A stretch of 64,000 bases of DNA from positions 941,762 to 1,005,761 of the forward strand of contig NW_027192195.1 in NCBI RefSeq assembly GCF_041956535.1, written 5' to 3'. This DNA is from Calcarisporiella thermophila CBS 279.70 (Eukaryota; Fungi; Calcarisporiellomycota). Positions 1 through 15,819 of this stretch are shown here, piece by piece (positions within the stretch are counted from its first letter, which is position 1; each line of letters starts with the position of its first letter). The position numbers and the translations under genes are program-made. Below the pieces are notes generated by a model. The model did not search any database. It saw only the letters and a program-made list of their open reading frames with translations, and was not told the origin of the DNA.

Positions 1-781
1 GTCGCTTTGCCATTTTTCCGTGTAGCATTTGGCAAGAAACGAGTCCCAAACTGGGAAATAAAACGAGGAATGGAAGTCGAAAGAGTTGCCATAATGAAGA
101 TAAAATCACGATATAATAGGTATATAAGCTGGTATAAATTCGGTATATAATTTTTGATGAGATGAAGAATGCAAAGCAAAAGTTTTCGAGAATTATTACT
201 TTAGTTAACGAATTTTTAAAAGATATATTAACAGTTGCAGATATTTCTGAAACCCTGATTCTACAATTTCTAAATCTAGTATGTCTGCTCAGCCTTGGAA
301 TCTCCCAGATAATGAGCTTACAAAATTTTCAAACGTACCAGAGCAGATACATGGTGAGTACACAGCGAGGAAATACCATCTTCTTTAAGAGGTAGGTTGA
401 GATACTTTACCATGAACGTCATCGCGCAGTCGCGCCATGGCCCGATCATGTCTGCCTAACACTCATAGAATTGAGGGGCTTTGCCGTAGAGTTCAAGGCC
501 AAGTACCTAATCTGTGTCGCCAATACGCGATGCTGAAGCAGAAGGTTTCAGCTTAGTTGAGTTGTTATTGAGTGACTTTCAATCACGGACCGAACAAGGA
601 ACTGGGAAGGAAAGCTAAGTTCTCATGCGTGCGCAACACTAGGTTGTCCATCCTCCTGTATTGGCCCAGACTCCGCCAGTCCCAATATGGCATCTAGATA
701 TATCCTCAAAAAATTTTGACAGTCACGCACAAACAAGTCATTGACTCTTTCATATTCTATCCCCAATTTCGCTCGATCAAT

Positions 782-2879
782 ATGCCAAAAAGTAAGAAGA
801 AGCATTCTAAGGGCTCCAGTAACGAGAGAGATGCCGATTACATTCCATTTGAGAGAGAAAGAGACTATGACTACGGTACTAAAAGGAGGCATCGATCTTC
901 ACCCAAAGGCCACACACACCGTCATAACGGTCCAAGCATGACCCGCGGTGGCCCACACGGCAACAGCTCACGCAAACGAAAGCGTGGCCATGCCGATAGT
1001 TCAGACTCAGAAAGCGAAGATGGCACGATCGAGGCCTATCCATGGTTAAGAGAGAAAAACTATTTTCAGTATGAGAGTTTTGCGAAACGGTATGCCAGGA
1101 TTCTTGATCGATCCCATTCCGGACATCACTAATGTAATCGAATGGATTCTCTATTAGATTGCACCAAGAAATACTTGATTTTGTCGAATATATAAGCCCG
1201 ACCCCTGAGGAGCATTTTGTGCGCAGATTAGTGGTGGAGAGGGTCAGGCGCGTTGTATCGAAAGTGTGGCCCGAGGCGAAGATTCTCTGCTTTGGTAGTT
1301 ATGATACAAAACTATATTTACCCACTAGGTGAGTCTATTGAGAGCTGTGTTTCAAGATGGCCTCAGGTTTTAGTCCATCGAGGAAGCTTGTCATCCCTTA
1401 TTCTGCATCACTTTATTTATACTCACGGTTTCTTTCTGCAGCGATATTGACTTGGTTGTCTACGATACCCCGGCAAAAGAGCCCCGCAAACTTCTAAGAG
1501 TCCTTGCGAGGGCCATCGAGTCCTCTGGCGTCTCAAATCATGTACAGCAAATCCCGTTCGCACGAGTGCCCATTCTAAAGTTCAAGGAAAAATACACCAA
1601 ATTCAATGTGGACATTTCGTTTAATTTATTTTCGGGCGTCGACGGGGCCCGGATTGTGAAAAAATTTTTGCAAGACATGCCTGCCCTGAGACCGCTGGTG
1701 CTGGTGGTGAAGCACTATCTGGCCCTACGGGGATTGAACGAGGTGTTTCTTGGGGGCATAGGTAGCTATAGTGTGTTATGTATGATAATGAACTTCCTCC
1801 AGGTGATTATGCGCCGTCCCTATGGGGTACTGCTTGAGTGCTTTTAAGGGATTAACCGCTTTTGGCCATGTTGCATAGCTCCATCCGCTGGTCCAGTCGC
1901 ATCAGATTTTGCCCGAGCAAAACCTGGGGGTGATGCTTCTCGAATTTCTGGAATTGTATGGGCGACATTTTAACTACGACAAGGTGGCGCTTCGTCTTAC
2001 CCATGGTGGATCCTATCTACGGAAGGTGAGTTCTCGCCAGGCAAGCAAATGGCCCGTTGATTAACGCAACCTTGTATTTAGCCGTGGAGAGACACCGATG
2101 AGAGAAAGACCTTGCTGAGTATACAAGATCCCCAAGATGCTAGTATGTCTCTGTTGCATCCCGATTCCCGTTCTCCCATGAGCTAACCTCCTCTAACTTA
2201 TATAGCCAACGACGTCGCCAAATCCTCCTACCACATCCTCCAGGTTCGCCAGGTGCTCGCCTCCGCCTACGACATCTTAACTGCGGCTATCTTCCGGGTA
2301 TATGGGCCCACGCAGGATACCAGCCTCATGTCGCAGGCAGCGCGGGAGACTGGCTCCATTCTCGGCGCCGTGTGGCATATACCCGCTTCTATTGTACAAA
2401 TGCGCACCGACATTTACGAGGTGTGGAGCACGGGGAAGCTGCAGCGGGCGATAGGCCTGCGGTCGGAGGAGGAAGAGGCATGGGCCGTCCAAGAGGTCAA
2501 CCCCCCGGAAATGGTCGAGGCGATCATAGGAACAGCCAATCACGGCAGGCTAGAAAAAGCAGCAGAGGCGGCGCCCAAAAACACACACGTGCACTATGTC
2601 GTCGATAGCTCGGACGAGGAGCGCGACGATCTGATGGTTAATATAGTAGGCGAAGACGGTGCGGATGCGGGGGGGATCAAAGAGAGCGCAGAAGTACTGG
2701 CGTGGGAGGGCGGCGGCAGAGTCGACCCAGCGGAGATAACAAGCGCCGTGGGGAAGAGCGAGGTGGAGACAAGCAAAGAAAAGCGCGTGTCCAAAGAGGA
2801 CAAGCGGGCGTATTGGCAGAGCAAGGTCGACTTGAACGCCATCTTTCAGTTTAGTGACGAGGACGAGCCACACGCTTGA
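782..2879 (+). CDS. TRF4: Non-canonical poly(A) polymerase Trf4/Trf5/Cid14 family (TRAMP), multi-exon
   Basis: Spliced exons give LHQEILDFVEYISPTPEE, FGSYDTKLYLPTSDIDLVV, ARVPILKF, DISFN, LNEVFLGGIGSYS and LSIQDPQD; basic N-terminus. Confidence 0.93.
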
Positions 2880-3370
2880 TTTCAGGGGCAGCAGAGGGGG
2901 TGGCGCAGCTGGATATCCGCAATTTATTTTGGAAAGACAAGGATGAAACCAACGACAAAAATAAACACCATGTATTTTTATTGTTCTGCAAGTGTGAGGT
3001 CACTTCAGCAGCAGGCCTGGCTGCCATTAGTCCGAAACTGTTAGAACCTTTTGATAGTGGCTGGCGCGGTGCTTGTCGGCTGCATCATGCAACGGATCGA
3101 GCCAAGCAGCTGTAGTGTTTGCCAAGCACGCGCAGTGTTACACCCTGTTTGAATTCAAGGTTAATTCTCCAGTCAGCCCCCGTCCGCTTGACCAATTTAG
3201 AAACCTTGTATCCAGGAGTTATTTATAACTCTGTGTTTGTTTAGTCGTTCGATGGCCGGCTCCTATATTTATTCCCCTGTCTCGTCCCCCCTTGCCGCTT
3301 TGTTTGCTTTCCTCCACGCTTCGTTTCCCTCCCCCCCCCCCCTTGATCTCTACAAACAATCGCCATCACT

Positions 3371-4040
3371 ATGAAGTTTTTCCTGCTCTCGCTTCCCCTT
3401 CTGCTCGCAACCGCCGCCTTCGGATGCGAGCGGGAGTGCCGAGATGCCATCAGTCATGCATTCTCGGACAACTATACCCCCAAAATCCGCGAGGAGTTCA
3501 GCATCCTCCAAGGAGATTTGAACAAGTTTGTCTCTGTGAATCCACAGCACGCTAAGCTCACTACTGCTGTTAACAATGGTAAGGCTCATTTCTCTGCGGG
3601 ATGGAGAGCATCTGGACTAACCCATAGCTTGTTAATTAGTTATTAAGAAGATCCAGAGCGACATCGGCTCAGGCCTTGTCAAGCGGATGGATAAGGTGGT
3701 TTTCGACAAGTACCGCGGGCACTGCGACTGGACGCTGGGAGAGGTGTGTGGCTCTCCCGTGTCGGTGTCATACCACGTCCATGACGTGTTGGAGAGAACG
3801 CGCGGCGCCATCAAGGAGGACCTGATCAACGGGGCTGCTCTCCACGGAGACTACGAGAATGCCATCATCTCGGCCGCTGTGGCGGTGCTCGGGGATCAGG
3901 AGAAGGCGGACCAGCTCCAGGACGGCGTGAGGAGTGCGCTGGCCAAGTTCCGGGAGAACGTGGATGAACATTTTTGCGAGGAGGGATGCTGGGACAACTG
4001 GGTGCCCGGCATCAGAAAGATTCTTGCCCAGTACCCCTAA
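3371..4040 (+). CDS. Secreted cysteine-containing protein of unknown function (~200 aa, one intron ~3579-3639)
   Basis: Signal peptide MKFFLLSLPLLLATAAFG followed by CEREC; six Cys; GT-AG intron joins ORFs 3371 and 3687. Confidence 0.8.
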
Positions 4041-4556
4041 TAGCCGCTAAGGAGGCCTCCTCCCCCTCTTGGATATATCGTGTAATTACTTGTAAAAAAT
4101 GCCACTCTTTAGACTCTCCCTTCCATTTTCTTTAGCTCTAATGCCTGCCGCCTAGAATTGTTTCTCCTTATTCTCCTCTTATTTAATAAACAAAAAGAAA
4201 GGACGTTTGAACGCACGTTTCCATTTTGGCCCTTCCCCACAAACACTGAAGGAATTTATGCATATGTGATCCCCCCATTCCTCCTGCCTGCTTTGTTTAT
4301 TTTCCATGCGAAGCGCGGGTTCCCCTATTTGGCTGATTCATATCGGGCATTGCGATCTATTTTTGTGTAAGAATCTCCATTGGTCTGCTGAATTCCTTTA
4401 CTTTTATTATTTTTTTTTTTGGGAGCTGAATGAATTTGATTTCGTTTACCATTCGTTTGCTTGCATACCCACCCGTCATCCCGTTTCATTTTATTCAAGA
4501 TTTGCAGACGTCGTTCCAATATTGACAGCTCATTTTGAGGATTTCTATAGAAGAGG

Positions 4557-5718
4557 ATGCAATCCTCGCATACCCTCCCATCATTTCTCAGAGTATGCGT
4601 GATCCTGTACCTGCTCACGCTAGCATTAGGACGATCCTTAGAAAAACGACAAGGTAGGTTGCTTGGCTGGATGTTGCCATAATCTTTGCTAGATGTCTAA
4701 CATGGCCGCTCTGCTACAAGATCCAGTATGCAATACCTATGACATCTACTGCGCACCCACAGAGTCTTCTACTTGGGATGTGGGCTCCTTCAATAAAATC
4801 ATTTGGAACAATCGACAGCCGGATCTCTCCACGCAAACCACCGTCGATCTATACCTTTATCCCGTAGGCAGTAGTGCGCCGGTGAAACAGTGGCTAGCCA
4901 TCGATAATAATGGATCCCTACCGATATTTGTGGAAAAGGAATGGTTTAAGGGCATTTTATCACCCAATGCATCAGGGCAATTCCAGTTTCAAGTTGGGTA
5001 TGGTGATTCCAGAAAACCCCCTGGGCCGACTTTTTTTATTAGGGGTAAGGGTTTGGAGATATATTAGGTATTCATTGACACAGTAATTGAACATCGATCA
5101 TTGGATTTGATTCCAGAGCCCTCCGAACAACCAGTCACCACCACCATCTTTACATCCGTCATATCTACCACCATTATAAGCGGCTCTGTCGTCATAACCC
5201 AAACTCACTTGGTCCCGCTGTCTCAGCTCCAGTCTTCCGCCTCTAATTCTCTCCCTACCTGGGTGATTGGGCTCATTTCTGCTGCAGGCGCGTTTGTTAT
5301 CATTGCGGTCGCTATAGCGCTCCTTATCTTCCGTAACTCTCGTAACAGAAAACGTCGCACCACACTCACTTCCAACCTTTCACTCTCCTCGCAAACGTCC
5401 AGGATGACTATGCCACTGGGGGACATCGCGGGCGGGTCTTCCCGAAGTTTACTGAAGTCGCACGGCCCTGGGAGGAATGCAGACGTGCCGGGTGGACGGA
5501 CACGGCATCTCTCGGGAGAAGGAAAGGAGGAAGAAGATGCCAGCTCAAGAGTATTGAGCATGACAGATGCAATGCTGATTGCAAACGCATTCAGACAGCA
5601 AATGCGCAAGCCAACATGGGAGCAAGGAGAGAACGAGTCGGAATGCTGCGAAGATTTGGCAGAGCGTGGCGACATGCTTGGAGTAGAGGAGAAGACAAGC
5701 GAGAGAAGCAGTGGTTAA
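4557..5718 (+). CDS. Type I single-pass membrane protein (signal peptide, KR site, beta-rich ectodomain, Ser/Thr stalk, TM, cytosolic tail)
   Basis: Exon 1 MQSSHTLPSFLRVCVILYLLTLALGRSLEKRQ; two GT-AG introns; TM WVIGLISAAGAFVIIAVAIALLIF followed by RNSRNRKRR. Confidence 0.8.
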
Positions 5719-5994
5719 TAGCTAGGCCATTTTCTCATATATCCCAATGTCTTTGTTGATAAATTTTTGTTGCATCTTTTTTTTTTTTCCTATTTCCGAT
5801 ATCATCATTTTCACCCTACATCTTTGATGAAATTTTTCATTTTATTTTAAACCGTTGTATCGATATATCTTCTTTTTCTAATATAAACCCAAATTCAAGT
5901 CACGCATAGAATTGATGTGTGCCTAGCCGACTTTTCTGTTGCCACCCATCCACCCCTTTCCTACGCTTGCTCCCCCACCTGATCGAACGATCTG

Positions 5995-8499
5995 ATGTCA
6001 CGTATTCTCCAATTTGCGACTTTTTCATCCAGCGTGGAGGCCCCTTTTTGGCATGCATTATCCCAGCGTAAAGTAGATGTCTACCGCCTTGATGATGCTC
6101 AAGTTCCCGTGTTGGGCTACTATCAGGCTGGAAATGAGATCATCACCACTGAAGGTGAAACGGTACAACTGCCAAGCCGACTGTGTGTTGGGGCCGATGG
6201 ATTGGAGGAAAATGCGACAATGTAAGTGTGTTCATCGCGCTAGCAAAGTCTAGCATTGACGTTTATTATTGGATAGACCGCCCTTTTCAGTTACGAGCGT
6301 GGGTACACTTAAGAACACCAATACAATAGAAGAATTTAAGACCATGGACAAAGTCATGCTATTTAATGCTTCTGCCGATGCGGTATATCTTTTTGAACCC
6401 GCTTCTCAATTAGAATTGGAAAGAACTTCAATCCCCTTTCAATTACTATGCAGTTGTGGGACGATATTGTCACAGGCCAAGCTGTGAAAGAGCCAAAGCG
6501 ATTAACGCGGTTCCTGATTATAACCTTTGCAGACTTGAAGAAATACAAATTCTATTATTGGTTTGCGTTTCCTGCTTTACAAGTAGAGCCGCCGTGGGAA
6601 TGGATAGAGGGGGCCAGAGGCGGCGAAATTGGAGCATTATGGAATGATATGCAGGTGATTTTTCTCTTATTTTTACTTATTGCTTCTAATTCAAACAGGC
6701 CTTATCCTGGTGTTTTTATTGTATAGATTGAAAACTTCAAGCATGCGTATGATAAGTTTAGACAGGATCACCCACAAGAGGCCGGCTTCTTCCTGGTGCG
6801 CCTCCATGAGAACACCGCGGAGGTTGCTTCTTTGATGGAATGGGAAACGGGCGGTTTTTTCGAGGGGTATGCTGAAGAAGACGTAAGCATTCTATCTACT
6901 TTGATCTCTTTCCCGATTAGTTAGTGGTGAACCCATCTTTTTATAGAGAATCCTCGGCTTTGTTGACCCATCAAGTCTCCCTCAAAATCCTGGCTGGCCC
7001 CTTCGCAACCTCCTTTCGCTGGTCTACTATCGCTGGGGCCAGACAAGAGCCACTCTACTCTGTTTCCGAGAAGTGCCGGGCAAACGAGACATCTCCCAAA
7101 CCCGTATTATTCGTGTTCAAACCGCCGCTGCGGCGGCACTTCCAATAACCCCAACTTCTCAGCGTCCTAAAGCAGTAGGCTGGGAACGCAATACCCAAGG
7201 GAAGCTTGGTCCAAGGCTCACGGATCTTTCTCATATGATGGACCCTAAGAGACTAGCTGATACCGCCGTAGACCTGAATCTAAAGCTGATGCGCTGGCGT
7301 CTTGCCCCAACCCTTGATCTCCCTCGCATTCAGCGCATGAGATGCCTGCTTCTTGGGGCGGGCACCCTGGGCTGCTCTGTAGCACGATCGCTGCTCGGCT
7401 GGGGGGTGAGACACATCACTTTTGTTGACAATGCAAAAGTATCATTTTCGAACCCAGTACGCCAATCGCTGTTCGAGTTTGAGGACTGCCTAGAGGGCGG
7501 CCGAGCCAAGGCGGAGTGTGCTGCTGAGAAGATACGGAGGATCTATCCTGGAGTCGAGTGTGAGGGTCACACCTTGAGCATTCCCATGCCAGGACACCCG
7601 TTGAATAACAGAAATCATGCCAAGGCCGAGGTCTCCAAGCTGGAGGAGTTAATTATCCGACACGATGCCGTCTTTCTGTTAACCGATAGCAGGGAGAGTA
7701 GATGGCTGCCTACCGTTCTTGGCTCGCGGATGGGCAAGGTAAATGGATCTATCGCGTCGACCCCTTTGAGATTGCATCCCATGTTCTCATAACTTATTGG
7801 CTGATATCCTCTCTAGCTCGTCATCAATGCGGCGCTTGGCTTTGACACCTTCGTCGTTATGAGACATGGGCTCTCCCCTTCACTTTTACCCCTCTGGGCC
7901 TATCCCCCTGCCAATCCGGAGGGGGCTATCCAGCTTGGGTGCTATTTTTGCAACGATATTGTGGCTCCCGTCGATTCACTTTCGGATCGCACGCTGGACC
8001 AGCAGTGCACGGTTAGTCGGCCTGGGCTCTCGGCCGTGGCTGGAGCATTAGCGGTGGAATTGATGGTGTCCGTAGTACAACATAATCTTGGGTAAGTGCC
8101 TGTCCCTTTCTTCATCTTAATCTAAAGATCGAAAATAATACGGTTATTGTTGTTTTGCCTCTAAAATTGCGTTGTTCCTAAAGGCCTTGCGCTCCCGCCG
8201 ATACAACCACGGATGTTTCGCTGGCGAATCGCTCCTCACACCCCTTGGGTATTCTGCCCCACCAAATCCGAGGGTTCCTCTCCCATTTCCAGCACAAGCT
8301 CATCGTTGGCTATCCCTATCCGCAGTGCACGGCGTGTTCATCACGCGTGCTGGATGAGCATGAGAGTAGAGGGTTTGACTTTGTAGAGCAGGTGTGTGCC
8401 GAACCCGCGGTGTTGGAGGAGCTGACCGGGTTGGCGGAACTTAAACGTGAGAGTGAAGATTTGATGTGGGATGCAGAGGACCTCGAAGAGGATGTTTAG
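5995..8499 (+). CDS. ATG7: Autophagy E1-like enzyme Atg7
   Basis: [54 protein letters not shown], catalytic [18 protein letters not shown]. Confidence 0.97.
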
Positions 8500-8872
8500 T
8501 TTATATTAAGCTGATTTTTTTTTATATAAAAAGCAATGACTAACAAAGAATGAAAACGCTTAACATTAAGAGGAAAAAAAGGAGTAAGGAACAAAAGAGT
8601 AGAGTAAAAAAGAAAAAAAAAATAAGGAATGTCAATGACTAAGTATTAGATCCCAAATAGTAAAAAAGAAAAGTTTCAAGAGAAGCGAGAGAAGCTTTGG
8701 CTCTCTTTTCTATCACACGAAAGAACAAAACACAGGAGAAGAAAAAAACACACAATCCAATAGTAAGCTCAAGGAAAATGAAAACCTGAAGGGCAAAGGA
8801 GAAAAAAATAATCAACTATGAAAGAATAAGGGTGGAGGGGGGAAGATCCAGGAATGGGGACTAAGTGTGGAG

Positions 8873-9571
<699 letters not shown>

Positions 9572-10199
9572 GATTACTTTCAATTTCCTCGGGGATCTAG
9601 GCGTTTCACTTTTCTTAAAGAGTACCGAGTCCTGCTCTGAATATACTGAGAAGATAGAAGGGGGAGGGAGAGAGAAAGAAAAGCAAAACAAATCAAAGCC
9701 AAAGTTGGTCTAAGTAGTTCTTGGCCTTCTCAATGTAGAAAAAGTGAATTTACCACGTCTATTCCGCCAGGAATCAAGTTAAGGCAAAAATAAGATGATC
9801 GTAGAAACTATGGATGATGGTGGAAACTAAAACCCTTACGTATCAAATATGTGCCTAACGAAACAACTGTGCAACAACCCGCTTTGGCTTCGGCCACAAA
9901 TGTGCACTCGCCAATGTAAGAAAAAAATTATGCTCGGTACAACATAATATTTCATTTAATTCTAATAAAACAAGTAGGTCATTTCTCATTTATTCATGGA
10001 GGAGAGGAGAATAGAAGATAAAAAAAATAAAATAAAATAGTATAAAAAGCGAAAAGTTAAACATATGAATTTAATGAAATAAAAAAGAACATAGTAGAAG
10101 AGGGGGAAAAGAAGATATTTTCCAATTTTTACATTTCATTCTATATATATAGCTATTCTTTTGTGTTGGCAAGCGAATGTGGACCCCATACGAATGGGC

Positions 10200-11288
10200 C
10201 TACTCGGGCACATTGGAGAACAAATATGACACTGACTCGCCGTTATGCGTGCGTCGGATCGCCTCCGCCAGCGTGGTCGATATATCGATGGTGTGAATCT
10301 TGGGGCACAGCTCCTTCTTGTCGCGGTGGGGGATCGTGTTGGTCACCACGACTCGGTCAAGTACTGATTTCTCTATTACGTCCAGCGCCTTCCCACTCAG
10401 CACGCCATGGGTTACAAGAGCATAGACCCGCACCGCTCCGTTGTCAACGAGCGTCTTGGCTGCAAGACCCAGCGTGCCGCATGTGTCGGCCATATCGTCC
10501 ACAAGAATGGCAACCTTTCCGCGCACATCACCGACGAGCACCATTCGGGACACCTCGTTTGCCTTTTTGCGCTCCTTGTGGATGAGGGCGAAGTCGAGAT
10601 CGAGCCGGTCCGCAATGGCGGTCGCACTACAGGCCCAGGGGAGAAAGCAGTGAATGAGATTAACTCTAAAAGGAAACTTGCAGGTGCAGTGCAACTCACC
10701 GCTTAGCACCCCCCGCATCTGGCGACACAATGACACCGTTCCGCCAGTCAGGGATCTCCTCCCTGATATATTTCAGCATGGATGGCTCGGCATAGAGGTT
10801 GTCCACCGGAATATTAAAGAAGCCCTGGATCTGGCTTGCATGCAAGTCCACCGTGATAATGTGGTCCGCGCCAGCCACCGAAAGCATATTTGCCACAAGC
10901 TTCGCCGAAATGGGCGCGCGGCTCTTATCCTTCTTGTCCTGTCGTGCGTATGGGAAGCATGGGATGACTGCCGTAATTCTCCGAGCGCTCGCGGTCTTGC
11001 AGGCATTTATCATAATAAGCAACTCCATGAGATGGTCATTGATCTCGCCGCACCCCGACTGAATAATAAAGACATCCTCATCACGCACTGACTCGCCAAT
11101 CGTAACGGAGGTCTCTTTGTTGGAGTATTTGAGGACGACAGCTTTACCGAGCTCAGTGCCTAGCCGCCTGAAGAAATCTTTTGAATTGGAGCTCTTCCAA
11201 CTAGGCCATCTTCAACTTACTTTGCAATGAGTTTTGCCAGCTCCACATGCGAGTTACCCGCGAATATCTTGATGGAATTCGAAGACAT
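10200..11288 (-). CDS. PRS: Ribose-phosphate pyrophosphokinase (class I PRPP synthetase)
   Basis: [55 protein letters not shown]; two introns. Confidence 0.96.
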
Positions 11289-11796
11289 TTTCAGCAGTTG
11301 CTCGGAGTGTGTTCTCAGCAGGGTTAATCAACGTCTTCAAACACTCTGTCAAAACAAGCAATAGGGTATGCCGCTTTATGAATAAACTTCAATTTTCCTC
11401 ACTGGCGAATGCCGTTAAGCAATGCGGAAATCGCAAGGAATCACTTACCCACACTTCAACAACGATCGATCGTTATTGTTTATTTTTTAACAGAAAAAAA
11501 ATAAATATAAAAAATCTGAAGTCGTCACATTTTTTTTTCACACCCCCGTCTAACCTACTCTATCTCTAACCTAAGATCAAAGGCAGGATCAACTATTTGC
11601 AACTCAGCATAGAACTCTAAAAATACAGAAGGCATAAAAGCTTGCCTTGCAGGAACTTACCCCACGATGATTCTATTGCCGCCATTCCACAAGTCATTGG
11701 CGCCCTAATCCATTGCCCCTGTTTAGGTTTTATACTGGTATAAGATTGCCAAAACATGACTTCAATAATTATTGCCATGTCTTCTTGACTAGAATG

Positions 11797-11915
11797 GCCA
11801 AGAATAACCAATTCTTGGCAGTAGAGGCAATGAAGAATATTCAAAAGAGAAGATGAATAAAAGAGTATGAAATACTGCCAAGAACTGAGAAAGGAATATT
11901 CTGCCATTCCTTGGC
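11797..11915. promoter_or_regulatory. Cluster of four GCCAAG (PacC/Rim101-consensus) motifs with a 12-bp inverted repeat upstream of actin
   Basis: GCCAAG at 11797 and 11877, CTTGGC at 11814 and 11910; TTCTTGGCAGTA 11812-11823 pairs with TACTGCCAAGAA 11873-11884. Confidence 0.4.
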
Positions 11916-12079
11916 CGCTCGTCGAAATATAAAATGGCTTCCCTAATATAAATTTGATCCCACTTTTCTTGTCCATTCCTCTGTTCAACACAGCGAGGAG
12001 CGCTTAGCGTTTTCTTTAACCCTCGAATTACGTTTACAGTGATTTGGTGCTTTCCTAACTAAATTAACATCAATCTGGC

Positions 12080-13443
<1,364 letters not shown>

Positions 13444-13856
13444 AATATCTCAAAATCTCCAATTATGTTGGAGTCATTTGGACAAATCCTCCCAAAGCAC
13501 TTCTTCTTAGCTTGGTGAGATTCCGGCTGTGTATTTGATGTTAGAATTCGTATTTTCTAAACTTGGTTGTCTGTTTGTTCTATGTAAACTCTTTTGAGGA
13601 TGTCATGAATTCAATGAATTGCATTTGTTCGTGTGCTCTTATCCGTTTTTTATATCATCAGAGCTACACTAGTTATGATGGAGTGGAAGAGGGGGCAGGT
13701 ATCTAATTAGCTTTGATTCTGCTTGACAGAGGTCAAACTGTACAGGGGAAATTGTTTGAAAATTTGATTATACGTCCAGCATGTATATATTTATAAATAT
13801 ATATATTGTAAAGCAGCAACATAAAAAAAAACGGGCCAGTTGTAATAATACAGACT

Positions 13857-15461
<1,605 letters not shown>

Positions 15462-15516
15462 TTATACGAGTCGATTTCTAAAGGTGAAAAGCACAGGGCT
15501 GAATAATTTTTTTTAG

Positions 15517-15551
15517 ACGTCATTCAATGACGAATCATCGACGATGACTAA
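15517..15551. promoter_or_regulatory. bZIP-type sites (ATF/CRE ATGACGT and Yap1-type TGACTAA) upstream of glutathione reductase
   Basis: ACGTCAT 15517-15523; palindromes CGTCATT-C-AATGACG 15518-15532 and TCATCG-A-CGATGA 15535-15547; TGACTAA 15545-15551; TATAAAA on the minus strand at 15466-15460. Confidence 0.5.
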
Positions 15552-15819
15552 ACCATCATTTTATGGAAAGAAGGCACTATATTTGGGAGGATATCTAAAC
15601 CACCTCGATTCATTAATAATAATATACAGTGAAGTCTGTACATTTCTACCTAAAGTCAGTAGAAGCATATAAAATGGGGGGATGAGAAGCGAAAGACGAT
15701 AGCTAAAATGTGAAAGAAAAAGGGTTGATCGCGATAACAACTTTCTAAAGATATTAGCAGGCTCAATCAAATTATTCAAGCCAAAAATATTGTTAAAGTA
15801 GTATAAAGAAAAATTTGTT

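Noticed and set aside
1-13. Minus-strand ATG GCA AAG CGA in good context at the window edge
   Set aside because: May be a gene start divergent from TRF4, but four codons cannot be identified.
162-395. 77-aa ORF upstream of TRF4
   Set aside because: AT-rich, no motif or splice support.
6383-6453. Possible U12-type intron in ATG7 (GTATATCTTT donor)
   Set aside because: Does not match RTATCCTTT and no TCCTTAAC branch site is present; no AT-AC intron was noticed elsewhere.
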